Origin: Alphaproteobacteria bacterium
GTDB lineage: Bacteria; Pseudomonadota; Alphaproteobacteria; SP197
Assembly (NCBI GenBank): GCA_964291265.2
Contig: OZ219747.1
Coordinates: 3,712,001 to 3,776,000, forward strand
Reading direction: 5' to 3'
DNA length: 64,000 bases
A model generated the notes under the pieces. That model was not told where the DNA came from and did not search any database. It saw only the letters and a list, made by a program, of their open reading frames with translations. Both the position numbers and the translations under genes were made by a program. Positions 31,584-42,039 of this stretch are shown here, in pieces. How positions within the stretch are numbered: the stretch's first letter is position 1; every line of letters begins with the position of its first letter.

Positions 31584-33017
31584 ATGACCGACCTGAACGA
31601 CCTTTCCGCTGCCGAGATTGTTCGGCGCGTCCGCGTCCGCGAGGTCAAGGCCGCCGAGGTGGTCGAGGCCGCGCTCGCCCGGATCGCGGCGACCGAGCCG
31701 ACGGCGAACGCCTTCATCCATGTCGATTCAGCCGGAGCGCGGGCGGCCGCCGCAGAGATCGACAGGCGGGTTGCGGCCGGCGAGGACCCGGGATCGCTCG
31801 CCGGCGTGCCGGTCTCGGTCAAGGATCTCGTTCATGTCGAGGGCATGCCGACGACGTTCGGCTCGCGCGCCTTCCAAGGCACGGCAGCGCCCGGCGACGC
31901 GATCCCGGTCGCGCGGCTGCGCGACGCCGGCGCCGTGCTGGTCGGCAAGACGACGACACCCGAATTCGGCCACAAGGCGATCACGGCAAGTCCGCTCTTT
32001 GGCGAGACGCGGAACCCCTGGAACCGGGCTTTCACCAGTGGCGGCTCGAGCGGCGGCGCCGCCGCCTCGATAGCCTGGCGCCAGGTGCCGCTGGCCGTCG
32101 GCACCGACGGCGGCGGTTCCGTCCGGATCCCGGCCAGCGCTTGCGGGATCTTCGGGCTGAAGGCGACTCTGGGGCGAATCCCCCACGCCCATGCTCCGGA
32201 TCTTTTTGCCAACAACGCCTGCATCGGCCCGATGGCGGGTACGCTCGATGATCTCCGGTTGATGTACGGGGTGATGGCCGGAGAGACGCCCGAGGATCCC
32301 TGGTCGCAGGTGCTTGCGGACCCCGCGCCGGCGCCCGGACGCCCTCGGATCGGCTGGGCACTGAAGATCGGCAACCCGGTCGTCGAGCCGGATGTCGCCG
32401 CCGCCACCGAAGTCGCCGTTGCGGCGCTGGCCGGCGTCGGCATGGATCCCGAACCCGTCGAGATTGACCTTGCATCGTCGGAGCCACAGTTCCGGGTCAT
32501 GCTCGAGACCGCGCTGGCCGCGCGCGCCGGCAAGCTGATCGAGAGCCAGCCGGAGCTCTTCGACCCGACCTTCGTGACCACCGTCCGGAACGGCCTCACC
32601 CGAACCGGCGCGGAGGTGCAGGCTGCCGCCGCCGACCGCTCCGCTCTCTACCGCCGGGTCGAACGCCTGTTCGAGGGGATCGACTATCTCCTCACGCCCA
32701 CGCTTGCCGCCACCTCGGTGCCGGCAGAGACGGACACCCACGCGGACATCATCATCGCCAACACGAACGCGGGCCGGATCCGGGCAGGCTGGTACCCCTA
32801 CACCTTCCCTTTCAACCTGACCGGCCACCCGGCTCTCAGCCTGCCCACGGGCCGGGACGGGAACGGCCTGCCGACGGGACTGCAGATCGTCGGACGCTGG
32901 TACGACGAGGCGGGCATCCTCGCATTGGCCCAGTCCCTCGCGTCGCTGATCGATGTCGGGGGCCGCAGGCCCGCGCCGGAACGCAAGACCCATTCCTCGG
33001 CAGGAGTCGGTCAGTGA
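31584..33017 (+). CDS. Amidase (amidase-signature family)
   Basis: VSVKD, GGSSGG, GTDGGGSVRIPA. Confidence 0.93.
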   Translation: MTDLNDLSAAEIVRRVRVREVKAAEVVEAALARIAATEPTANAFIHVDSAGARAAAAEIDRRVAAGEDPGSLAGVPVSVKDLVHVEGMPTTFGSRAFQGTAAPGDAIPVARLRDAGAVLVGKTTTPEFGHKAITASPLFGETRNPWNRAFTSGGSSGGAAASIAWRQVPLAVGTDGGGSVRIPASACGIFGLKATLGRIPHAHAPDLFANNACIGPMAGTLDDLRLMYGVMAGETPEDPWSQVLADPAPAPGRPRIGWALKIGNPVVEPDVAAATEVAVAALAGVGMDPEPVEIDLASSEPQFRVMLETALAARAGKLIESQPELFDPTFVTTVRNGLTRTGAEVQAAAADRSALYRRVERLFEGIDYLLTPTLAATSVPAETDTHADIIIANTNAGRIRAGWYPYTFPFNLTGHPALSLPTGRDGNGLPTGLQIVGRWYDEAGILALAQSLASLIDVGGRRPAPERKTHSSAGVGQ

Positions 33018-33289
33018 CCGCAAGGAGGGGTCCTGGTCCCCTGCGTCTGCGCGTGATCTCGTGTGACACGCGCGGTCGCTCTGCGTGCTGTTGAACGGTT
33101 TCTTCGGTCGCAGGATTGTCCCACGCTACGGCTGATCGACACTGTCGCAGTGGACCGTGCCGGCCCCTGAATTCCCTTGTCTCCAGGTGCGATTGACAGA
33201 GTTGCTGCCAGTGGCCACTCATGACCATCATGAGATCGGTCGGAATCAAGGCGCTGAACAGCCGGCTGAGCGAACATGTGCATCAACAT

Positions 33290-33489
33290 CCGGTGAGACG
33301 GTGCTGATGACAGACCGCGACCGGGTGGTCGCGGAACTCGGCCCGCCGAGGGAGACCCGGAGCCCGGTTCTCGCCGGCGCCTTCCTGGCCGACCTGGTGC
33401 GCAAGGGCTGGATGACGCCGCCGTCGGCCCCTGTCATGCCGCTGGCTGAAATCCTCGAGGGGCTGGACGCCGACAGAAGCGAGCGGTGA
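33290..33489 (+). pseudogene. Phd/YefM-type antitoxin fragment
   Basis: GETVLMTDRDRVVAELGP resembles Phd antitoxins but lacks a credible N-terminus; overlaps the PIN start. Confidence 0.55.
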
Positions 33490-33660
33490 TCCACCTCGAC
33501 AACTCCGTGATACTCGCACATCTCGCTGGCGAAGACCGGCGTCCTCCCGCATCGCTGTGGCGCGAGACACTGGCGTCGAGCCGACTTATGGAAGTCGAGA
33601 CATGGAATAGGCTGCGTACGCACGGGCCTGCCGACACGCGTTGCGCTCCCTTCCGGCTAT
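33486..33660 (+). pseudogene. PIN/VapC toxin N-terminal fragment
   Basis: MIHLDNSVILAHL...SSRLMEVE; similarity is lost after about 50 aa. Confidence 0.55.
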
Positions 33661-33782
33661 GTGCCGTTGTTGGACTCGGCAATGGCCAAAGGATGACCGG
33701 CGAGGGTCAACAACAGCTTCCTCCGGATGCAACCCTTGCATGCCCGTTGACCGAAATGCCCCACTGTGTCATACAATAAAGA

Positions 33783-34121
33783 ATGCACACAATCGCCGAG
33801 ACCCCGACCTTTAGCCGGCAGGCGGACCGGCTGTTCCGCGAGGACGAGCGGCAGGCGCGGATCGACCATCTGGCCGAACATCCCTTGGCGGGCGACGAAA
33901 TTCCGGGGACGGGAGGCGTCCGGAAGCTGCACTTCGCCGCCTCGGGACAGGGCAAGCAAGGTGGTGCGCGGGTTGTCTATTTCTATGGTGGCGACGCCAT
34001 GCCGATCTATGCGCTTCTCGCCTATGCAAAGGACGGGAAGACCGACTTGAGCCCATCCGAACGCCACGCCGTAGCCAGCATCGTCGCCGCAATCAAGCGC
34101 ACCGAAAGGGCAAGCCGATGA
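33783..34121 (+). CDS. RelE/HigB-family toxin
   Basis: GDEIPGTGGVRKL, GKQGGARVVYF, LLAYAK. Confidence 0.88.
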   Translation: MHTIAETPTFSRQADRLFREDERQARIDHLAEHPLAGDEIPGTGGVRKLHFAASGQGKQGGARVVYFYGGDAMPIYALLAYAKDGKTDLSPSERHAVASIVAAIKRTERASR

Positions 34122-34399
34122 ACACATTCGGCGACAACCTGATCCAGTCCCTCAACGAGGCCCTTGCTCACGCCACCGGCAAAGGCCCCGCCGTCGTGCA
34201 TGCGCCCGTGACGCCGCGCGAGGTTCGCCGGCAGGCCAAGCTGACCCAGGCGCAGATGGCGCCCCTGGTGGGCATGAGCGTATCCGGATACCGGAAGTGG
34301 GAGCAGAGCACGCGCCGGTTCAACGGCCCGGCGGCGGCACTGCTGCGCGTGATCCAGAAAGAACCGGAGGCCGTCAGGCGGGCGCTGTTGTCCGGCTGA
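34118..34399 (+). CDS. XRE HTH antitoxin (HigA-like)
   Basis: LTQAQMA..GMSVSGYRKWEQ; ATGA-coupled to the toxin. Confidence 0.88.
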   Translation: MNTFGDNLIQSLNEALAHATGKGPAVVHAPVTPREVRRQAKLTQAQMAPLVGMSVSGYRKWEQSTRRFNGPAAALLRVIQKEPEAVRRALLSG

Positions 34400-34579
34400 A
34401 AGAGGCGTCATCGGCAACCCTGGCAGGCTGCGGAAAGTCCTGTGACTTCATCCGACACTCCCCGACCAAGTGTCCGTGTATCCGGAGACGCTCCGCACAT
34501 CGTCGTCCAACCAGAGGCCAGACCCCGGCAATACCACTGCCATTCTGGCGAGTGACTTGGAATCTCCGATTGATCAGAC

Positions 34580-35915
34580 GGGTGTGAGTTTCGTATGTCT
34601 GCTTGAAAATCAGTTCCATTGTTTCATCTCATGCGGCCAGCGCCGGGGTGTGATGTGGGCTGATGTTGTCGTTGGCTGGTGCGTTGTCGCCCTCGATCAT
34701 GGCGGTCCACGCGCTTTCGAAGCGGCCGGATTTGATGAGGGCGCGGAAGGTGAGAACGGCTTGTCCGCCGACGATGCGCCAGCGCATGCCGGAGCGCTTC
34801 ATGCGCTGTGTGACGAGGGTCTTGTTGGCTGCCTCGACAAGTCCCGAGCCGATGGCGATCCCCTGTTGCTTCAGTGCGTGGTAGCGCATGCGGTGGCGAT
34901 GCTTGCGGAAGAAGGCCAGTTCCCTGTCGATGTCGGCTCGGCCCGCCGGCTTGGCGGTGTCGCGAAGGTGGCGCAGCGCCCGGATCACCCTGTCGATGCC
35001 GCGGGGGTCGTGACGCAGGATCTCGCGGTACTTCTCGAACCAGTGGGGCGCCGCTGCATGATCGGCCGCCACGCGCAGATGCTCGCAGGCATGCCAGAAG
35101 TCGATCACCTCGGTTTCGGGTTCAAGACCAGAGAGGAAGGTCCAGTTGTCGGCGGCGGCGGCGGCGATGGCGCTGATCCTGATCTCGGGACGCTTGCGCC
35201 TGATATGCGCGACCTCGCTTGCCAGCTGCGCCTTCAGCGTGCACTTGCCGCGCTCGGGCATGCGGCCGAGATAGACGGTCTTCAGGCGCTCACCGTCGGC
35301 GTCGTGGAAGGAGACTGTGCCACAGGCCGCCTCGCGCCAGCAGGCCTCGCTACGGCCGTCCTCGCCGGCCCGCAGCGCCACCATGACGCCGTCGAGCGAG
35401 ACCGAGGCGGTGACCGCGTCCTGCGGGATGTCCTCGGCTTCCCGGATGCCATCCAGGGCCTGCGGGCCGAGACGTTCCCAACGCTCCTGCATGGTCAGGC
35501 TCAAGCGCTGCAAGGTGCTCACAGACGGCGTCACGGCGCCGAGCTTGTCGAAGAACGCCTCCGCTTCCCGCGCCGTGCAGTGGACCATCATCATCAGCCC
35601 AAGCTGAGCCGCCGGCCGTGTCAGGTCGTCGTCGACGAGGCCCAGGCTTTCGTCCACCGGCATCAGCGACCGGCGGTGTCCGCCGGTGCGGTAGCGCGCA
35701 CGCCGAAAGGTCACCGGGCCGAGCGAGGTCATGATCGTCTTCGGCGTCGGCGCCACACGGAACCAGTTCTGCCCGTCCCGCTCGATCCGGGGCGCACCGT
35801 CGTCCCGGGCCTCGGCACAGGCACCCAGGATCTCGCAGCCAAGCGCGTGCACGCTCTCAAGCACCCGCCGCTCCGTTTCGTCGAAGGCCTCGGCAGAGCA
35901 CTCTGAACCGAGCTG
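34580..35915 (-). mobile_element. ISKra4/ISLre2-like transposase, 5'-truncated
   Basis: SLDGVMV, WREAACG, IDFWHACEHL, GSGLVEAANK; right end GGGTGTGAG at 34580. Confidence 0.85.
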
Positions 35916-36373
35916 CCGATGGAAGGTCCGGCGCTGCACGCTCAGGATGAAGCCGAGCGACTCGACATGCGCGGACGGGTCCGCCAGCGGGAAGGCAACG
36001 GTCTCGCGCTCGTCCAGATCATGAAGGTCGAAGGTCCGGAAGTCGCTCACCAGGATGAAGCGCGGGCGCTCGCGGTCCGGCAGCGCGTCGAAATACTCCC
36101 CGGCCTGTTCGTACGCTCTCCGGAGATCGCGCCCGGCGCTCTTCTGCTCGACGATGAGCACGCCCGGCCAGAACAGGTCGATGAAGCCCGAACGGTCGTC
36201 GAGCTTCGCGACATGCGCCTCGTAGCGGGCGACGTTACGCCGCCGCACGCCGAACACACGTCGAAGAAGGCGTTGTAGAAGCTCTGAGTCTCGCCCTTCT
36301 CGTAGGCCGCGTCCTTCCAGTCCTCGGCGAAGGCGGCGGCGCGGGCGCGGACCTCGTTCCAGGACGGGCGCAT
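35916..36373 (-). pseudogene. MmeI-like (type IIL) restriction-modification enzyme, N-terminal fragment
   Basis: SWNEVRARAAAFAEDW, YEKGETQSFY, GFIDLFWPGVLIVEQKS, ILVSDF. Frameshift at a GTGTGT run near 36255. Confidence 0.8.
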
Positions 36374-36420
36374 CAGTCAGACTCGGGCAGACCCGACCGC
36401 ACCGACGGCGGAAGCCTCGA

Positions 36421-36735
36421 TCATGCGTGCAACGCACCCGCACTCCGTCCGGCGGCAACCCGGTCCCGGCGCGCCTGTGCAAGCTCGTAGCTCGCCTGCA
36501 TCCGCATCCAGTGTTCGGCGGTTCCCCAGCCGATATCCTCCAGCGCCAGCGCCATGTTGGCCGACACCCCCGCCTTGCCGTTCAGCAGGCGCGACAGCGT
36601 TCCGCGCTCGCAACGGAGCCGAGCCGCCGTACCGGTCACGTTCCAGCCCACATCGTCCATGCTCTCGCGGATCAGTTCGCCCAGGTGCGGCGGGTTCCGC
36701 ATCGGACCGACGCGCTCATTTTCAATGTCGTTCAT
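36421..36735 (-). CDS. higA: HigA antitoxin (addiction module antidote)
   Basis: PPHLGELIRE, LSRLLNGKAGVSANMAL, WMRMQASY. Confidence 0.9.
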   Translation of the reverse strand: MNDIENERVGPMRNPPHLGELIRESMDDVGWNVTGTAARLRCERGTLSRLLNGKAGVSANMALALEDIGWGTAEHWMRMQASYELAQARRDRVAAGRSAGALHA

Positions 36736-36753
36736 GGTCAGCACCCCATTCGG

Positions 36754-37026
36754 TCAGTGATAGTCGATCAGGTCCACGTCCACGGCCTCGCCGTCCTCGA
36801 AGCGGAACACCACGCGCCAGTTGTCCGAGACGCGAATGCTCCACTGGCCCGCACGATCGCCCTTCAGGGGATGCAGCCGAAAGCCCGGCGCGTCGGCGCT
36901 GCCCGGATGCGTTGCCTCTTGCAGCCGAAACAGTATGCGCTTCAGTCGTGGCGCGAGAGCGGCGGGCACCCGTGCGGGATTGTCCCGCTCGTGCAGCGCC
37001 CGCAGTCCCTTGTGCCTGATCTTCAT
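36754..37026 (-). CDS. higB: HigB toxin (plasmid maintenance killer type)
   Basis: HKGLRAL, LHPLKGDRAGQWSIRVSDNWRVVFRF, DYH terminus. Confidence 0.92.
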   Translation of the reverse strand: MKIRHKGLRALHERDNPARVPAALAPRLKRILFRLQEATHPGSADAPGFRLHPLKGDRAGQWSIRVSDNWRVVFRFEDGEAVDVDLIDYH

Positions 37027-37587
37027 GGTTCACCGTAGCGCGCCACGCCACACGCCGCAAGCATCCGCCGCGTCGTCGCGTTCAGCGGTAATGCTGCGGA
37101 GCGGTAGCGGGAGCGTCCGGGCCCGCACCGCCGCCGACGGCGCAGACCGGGCGAATGACGCTACCGATGAACGGGACTTCGCGCATTGCATCGTTCCCTC
37201 GTGCTTCCTATAGTGCCGCTTGAAAGCCGCGCGGCGGTTCGCAGGACTGTCTTCGCAAGTGCGCGGCGGGCGCTGTCACTCAAGCGCCGCTCGGGCTGAA
37301 TGCCGATGGCACAACGGCTCGCAGCGCCCGACGGATAGAGCGGTCAGGCAGCACGATTGGAACGCACTTCGGCGCGGTGGTTGTCACACCCGACGCATCC
37401 TTGATGCAGGGAGCGAGGCCCGGCCGGCCTGCATCGGTCGGCAGTTTTCCGTTGCGTGACAGACGGTTGGGCCTGGCCCGGCCTGTGGCCGCGGTTTCGC
37501 GCGCGGGTCGCGTTGTCCGTTCAGGAGCGCCGTTCCGTTCCCCCGGGACGGACGGCGCCCGAGGGAACAGACAACGGAGACACGCCC

Positions 37588-38724
37588 ATGCGCATCCATG
37601 CCCCCGTCAACGAGCGGACGGTCCGCCGCACCTTCAGGGAGAAGAAACCCGGACGATACGGTCTGACCGTCATCGACAGGGACCTGCCCGCCTTCGGCTT
37701 CACCATTGCCGGGAACGGGACGAAGACCTTCTTCGTCCGGACCTCACGCCAGTTCGGCGCGCCCAGGGTGATCCTCGGCACGACCGACGACATGACCGCC
37801 GCCGAGGCGAGGGAGAAGGCCATTGCCGCCATCGCCGAAGCCGGAGCCGACCGCGAGACCGGGCCGCTGTTCGCCGACTTCGCGGCCGACTTCATGCGCC
37901 GTCAGGGGCGGCGCTGGAAACCCTCCACGAGGAAGGCCAACGCCCATCTGATCGAGCGCCGCCTCGTGCCCTTCTTCGGCGCGATGCCCGTCGCCGGGAT
38001 CGACCGCGCCGATGTGCGGCGCTGGTTCGATTCCCTCAGCGGAACCCCCGGCAGCGCCAACCGGACCCTGCCGGTGCTCTCGGTGATGATGCGGCAGGCG
38101 GAGCTATGGGACCTTCGCCCGCAGGGTTCCAACCCCTGCCGCAACATGCGGCGCTACAGGACGGCGCCGCGCGAGCGGTTCCTGTCCCTGGACGAGTTGA
38201 AGCGCCTCGGCTTCGTTCTCGACCATGCCGAGGACCGGCAGGCCGCCGCCGCCATCCGCCTGCTGCTGTTCACCGGCGCCCGGTCGTCCGAGATCGCCGG
38301 CCTGCAATGGGACTGGATACGGGACACCCGCGCGGTGTTGCCGGACTCCAAGACCGGACCGAAGGCGCTCCAGCTTCCCCCGCCCGCGCGGGCCGTCCTG
38401 AATGGCCTGCCGCGCGAGGGACGCTTCGTCTTCCCGAACGGGAAGGGCGACGGCCCGATGACCGGCCTCGGCCTGCGCTGGCAGAAGCTGCGCGGTCTCG
38501 CCGGGCTGGACGATGTGCGCATCCACGACTGCCGGCATACCTTCGCCTCCCATGCCGTGATGAGCGGCCTCGACCTCTACACCGTCGGCCGCCTGCTCGG
38601 CCATGCCGATACCGCCTCCACCGAACGCTACGCCCATCTCGCCGACGAGCATGTCCGCGAGGCGGCCGGGCGCATCTCCGGCATCGTCCACGAGGCCATG
38701 ACCGGGAAGGAGAGCGGGCGATGA
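37588..38724 (+). CDS. Tyrosine recombinase/integrase 1 (arm-binding N-terminus)
   Basis: TGARSSE, DSKTG, IHDCRHTF, LGH, TERYAH: full R-K-H-R-H-Y set. Confidence 0.9.
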   Translation: MRIHAPVNERTVRRTFREKKPGRYGLTVIDRDLPAFGFTIAGNGTKTFFVRTSRQFGAPRVILGTTDDMTAAEAREKAIAAIAEAGADRETGPLFADFAADFMRRQGRRWKPSTRKANAHLIERRLVPFFGAMPVAGIDRADVRRWFDSLSGTPGSANRTLPVLSVMMRQAELWDLRPQGSNPCRNMRRYRTAPRERFLSLDELKRLGFVLDHAEDRQAAAAIRLLLFTGARSSEIAGLQWDWIRDTRAVLPDSKTGPKALQLPPPARAVLNGLPREGRFVFPNGKGDGPMTGLGLRWQKLRGLAGLDDVRIHDCRHTFASHAVMSGLDLYTVGRLLGHADTASTERYAHLADEHVREAAGRISGIVHEAMTGKESGR

Positions 38725-40022
38725 GCGGCGGCAGGCATCGTGTCCGGCTCACCGTGAAGGCCGTCGCCGCCGCCAAGCCGGCGGAACGGGAATACACCCT
38801 GTGGGACAATCTGCTGGCGCATTTCGGGGTCAGGGTGCAGCCCTCCGGCGTCAGGTCCTGGATCGTCCAGACCCGCGTCCGGGGACGCATGCGCAAGATC
38901 ACCCTCGGGCGCTTCCCCGAACTGCCTCTCGACGCGGCCCGCCGGGAAGGCGCGGCCGTGCTCGCCCGCCTGTGGGGCGGCGAAGACGTGACGCCGCCGC
39001 GCAAGGAGAAGGCGCCGCTGTTCCGGGACTTCGCCGCCCGCTACCGCTCGCGGCGGAAACACCGCTGGAAGCCGTCCTCGCTCAAGACCTTCGATAGCTA
39101 CATGAAGAACCGCCTGATGCCGCATTTCGGCAGGCTCCGGCTCGACGCCATCGACCATGCGCGGGTCTCGGCGTGGTTCGACGCCGCCAGCGCGGACAGG
39201 CCCGGCGCCGCCAACCGCGCCTTCGAGATCCTCCGCGCCATGCTCGGGACGGCCCGGCAGTGGGGCGACATCGGCGAGCATGTCCCCGATGCCTGCGCCA
39301 ACATCGTGAAGAACCCCCGCAAGCCTGTCGCGCGTTACCTCAGCCGCGAAGAGCTGGAGCGTCTCGGCGCGGTGCTGGATCGGCACCGGGAGCAGCACCC
39401 CTGGCCGGTGGCGGCCATCCGGCTGTTGACGCTCACCGGGGCGCGGCTCTCCGAAGTCATCAACCTCAGGTGGGACGAGATCGGAGAGCTGGGCGGAGAC
39501 GGCGCGAGCGCGCGCATCGAAGACTCCAAGACCGGCCCGCGCACCATCTGGCTCGGACCCGAAGCGGCAAGGCTGGTCGAGGCGCTGCCGCGACCGGATG
39601 GCCGGGAGCGGGTGTTCCCCGAGACCCTCACATCGGCAAGGCTTTACACCTTCTGGTGCGGTATCCGCGACGAGGCGGGGCTTCCGGGCCTTCGTATCCA
39701 CGACTGCCGCCATACCTGGGCCTCGCAGGGCGTCATGAACGGCGTCGGGCTCACCACCGTCGGACGGCTGCTCGGACACCGCAAGCGGGAGACCACCGCG
39801 ATCTACGCCCATCTCGACGATGGCGCGCTGCGCGACGCCGCCGCGCAGGCCGCCGCCGTCATCGCGCGAGCGATGGGGTACAAGGCGGAACCGCCTCCGC
39901 TGCCGGACGAGGCGGCGCACGGCGATGCATCGGCCGACATACCTGCGCCGTCCAGGCCCGGTGCGTCGGCATCACCGGAGGGAGGGCGATCCTCCCTCCG
40001 GGGCAGGACCGGGGATCCGTAG
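38721..40022 (+). CDS. Tyrosine recombinase/integrase 2
   Basis: LWD...FGVRVQPSGVRSW arm domain; TGARLSE, DSKTG, IHDCRHTW, LGH, TAIYAH. ATGA overlap with integrase 1. Confidence 0.9.
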   Translation: MSGGRHRVRLTVKAVAAAKPAEREYTLWDNLLAHFGVRVQPSGVRSWIVQTRVRGRMRKITLGRFPELPLDAARREGAAVLARLWGGEDVTPPRKEKAPLFRDFAARYRSRRKHRWKPSSLKTFDSYMKNRLMPHFGRLRLDAIDHARVSAWFDAASADRPGAANRAFEILRAMLGTARQWGDIGEHVPDACANIVKNPRKPVARYLSREELERLGAVLDRHREQHPWPVAAIRLLTLTGARLSEVINLRWDEIGELGGDGASARIEDSKTGPRTIWLGPEAARLVEALPRPDGRERVFPETLTSARLYTFWCGIRDEAGLPGLRIHDCRHTWASQGVMNGVGLTTVGRLLGHRKRETTAIYAHLDDGALRDAAAQAAAVIARAMGYKAEPPPLPDEAAHGDASADIPAPSRPGASASPEGGRSSLRGRTGDP

Positions 40023-40404
40023 CGATCGGATGCAAGCATCCGCCGTAGACCGCAGGGTATCGGGATCTGAGCTTGTGGCGGGCGTGGAGCCGATCGGGGA
40101 CCCTCAGGCGGGGTCTTTGCCGTGAAAATGGTTGGGGATCGGGCGCACAAAAACCCCTCCCCGCCAAAGCACTGCTCCCGAGGCGTCCGATACTCGCCAT
40201 CTGCGGCGCCCGTCTTGCGGAGCGTGACCGGTAGGCAACCCCGTACAAGCCCGAAGTCCCGCCCGCTCCGCCAGCCGTGCGCGTCATGTAATACCACCGG
40301 TCGTTGATCGGAACCGATAGCAGAGTCTCCCTCCTTAGCTCGACCCCTGAGCCGGCGCCTCGTACCGCAGGGGGTAACCTCCGCCGGGAGAGGCTCATCG
40401 GTTC

Positions 40405-40654
40405 TTATTTGTCGCCGCTGGTATAACGGATGGCGTTCAGAACCTCGCGAAGGTCTATGCCCAGCTTGCGGCCCCGCGGCGCCGGCCTCGGCAACAACGG
40501 CTCTATCCGAACCCATTCCTCATCGGTCAGATCGCTCGGATAACGCTTCGTCTTCCGCTTGATTACCGCCAGCCGGCCTCGCGTCCCTCGTGTCCACATG
40601 AAAAGCCTGAATCACCTCTTGAATATCAACACAAGCCTATTCTCAAACGATCTC
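40405..40654 (-). pseudogene. IS5-family transposase 5' fragment with probable left end
   Basis: YPSDLTDEEWVRIEPLLP...REVLNAIRY, then truncated. Confidence 0.75.
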
Positions 40655-41926
40655 TGACTTGGAGAGGGTGCCTTGCCCGCCGTGAGTGCCTCCACGTCCC
40701 AGCGGCAAGTTCGGCTCGATCAAACACCGATACCTATCGGGATGTTGCTCGCATTCTTCCCGTACCCGGTTGAGCCATGTTTCATACCAGCACCATGTTT
40801 TCCCGACCGCGACAGCACCGTAGCCCTTTGCGGGGTTCTTTCCACCGAGCCTCTTCCATAGCTTCGTATGACTATGCATCGTGAACCGGCACCAGCCCTC
40901 GGCCTTCATTTGGTTCACGATCTCCCCCGGTAGGTATTTCTTCTTCTCGACCTCTTTCAGTGCAATGTTGAATTTCTCCGAAATTTCCGATTCGGGCGGC
41001 ACGATCTCAACCGCCAGGTCGGCGCTCGACGCTCGGTTGGCTGTCCTATTCACCATAAATACGCGGAAGGCATAGCGCGGGTCAGCCTGTTGCTCAGGTG
41101 TCATATCGCGCTCGAAATCGCCCATCATGGTCTCGACATTTGGTGGCAGCCCACTAGCCCTTTTCAGGATGGAACGCTGATCTGGGCTGAAGGTCACGAA
41201 TTGCAGGGCAATCGGCAGACGGCGTTCGAGCGCATACTGCGCTCCGAACAAGACCTTGATGACATCGTTGAAGTTGATGCAGCAGGCTTGGAGCTTCGCG
41301 CTGACGGCATCGTCGATGCGATTAGTCGAGCGATGCTCGATCTCGTGGCGTAATTCCAGCAGAAACGTCAGATTATCCTTGGTTCCTTGTTCGATTGGGC
41401 AGCGTACGTGTTTCAGGCATTGCCCCAACTCCCAGAATTTCTCGGCTCCACTGGGAGTTTTGATAACGACCTTCTGGCCGTTCTGGTTTTTTGTGTGGCG
41501 GTAATCGATCCCCTCGCGCTTGAACCATGCATGCAACAAGTACGTCCAAGCGATGATCGCGGTAACGATGAACAATTCGGTGCGGAACGTCAGACTACCG
41601 CTGTTGAAGGTGTGAACCGCCGCGATCATAGCTTCGCGCGCCTTGATGAGCAGTTCATCGCCACGCAAGGAAAGGCCAGTCTCCGCGTCAACTTCCGGCC
41701 AAGACGCGAGAAAGCCGTCCAAGTCGTCGGTGGCGGCAGCCTTGATGGCGACATGCTTCTTGCCGGTACGAATTTCGGCGATAGCCCTGTGATTGATCGA
41801 ACGGGTCGGGCGAGTGAAATAGGCAAGAATATCCTGATCGTTAGGCCAGCGACCATCGGAGATCATCGCCTTGATAAGCGCGATTTCCCATCGTTCGAGC
41901 TTGTTTCCCCGCCTGCGTACCGTCAT
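40643..41926 (-). CDS. DUF3644-domain protein
   Basis: LLIKAREAMIAAVHTFN, FIVTAIIAWTYLLHA, LRHEIEH (HEPN-like RxxxxH). Visibly lower GC than flanks. Confidence 0.72.
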   Translation of the reverse strand: MTVRRRGNKLERWEIALIKAMISDGRWPNDQDILAYFTRPTRSINHRAIAEIRTGKKHVAIKAAATDDLDGFLASWPEVDAETGLSLRGDELLIKAREAMIAAVHTFNSGSLTFRTELFIVTAIIAWTYLLHAWFKREGIDYRHTKNQNGQKVVIKTPSGAEKFWELGQCLKHVRCPIEQGTKDNLTFLLELRHEIEHRSTNRIDDAVSAKLQACCINFNDVIKVLFGAQYALERRLPIALQFVTFSPDQRSILKRASGLPPNVETMMGDFERDMTPEQQADPRYAFRVFMVNRTANRASSADLAVEIVPPESEISEKFNIALKEVEKKKYLPGEIVNQMKAEGWCRFTMHSHTKLWKRLGGKNPAKGYGAVAVGKTWCWYETWLNRVREECEQHPDRYRCLIEPNLPLGRGGTHGGQGTLSKSEIV

Positions 41927-42039
41927 CCACCTACCTCACCGGGCCGTGATTTGCGTCTCCCGCCATCGTCATCCCTTAACCACAACCATATCGCAGAGGC
42001 CATGGTGCATTAGGCCCTCGTGGCTCTCAATGCCTAGCC

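Noticed and set aside
39859-40398. 179-aa minus-strand ORF after the integrases
   Set aside because: No recognisable motif, it overlaps integrase 2, and its start is weak.
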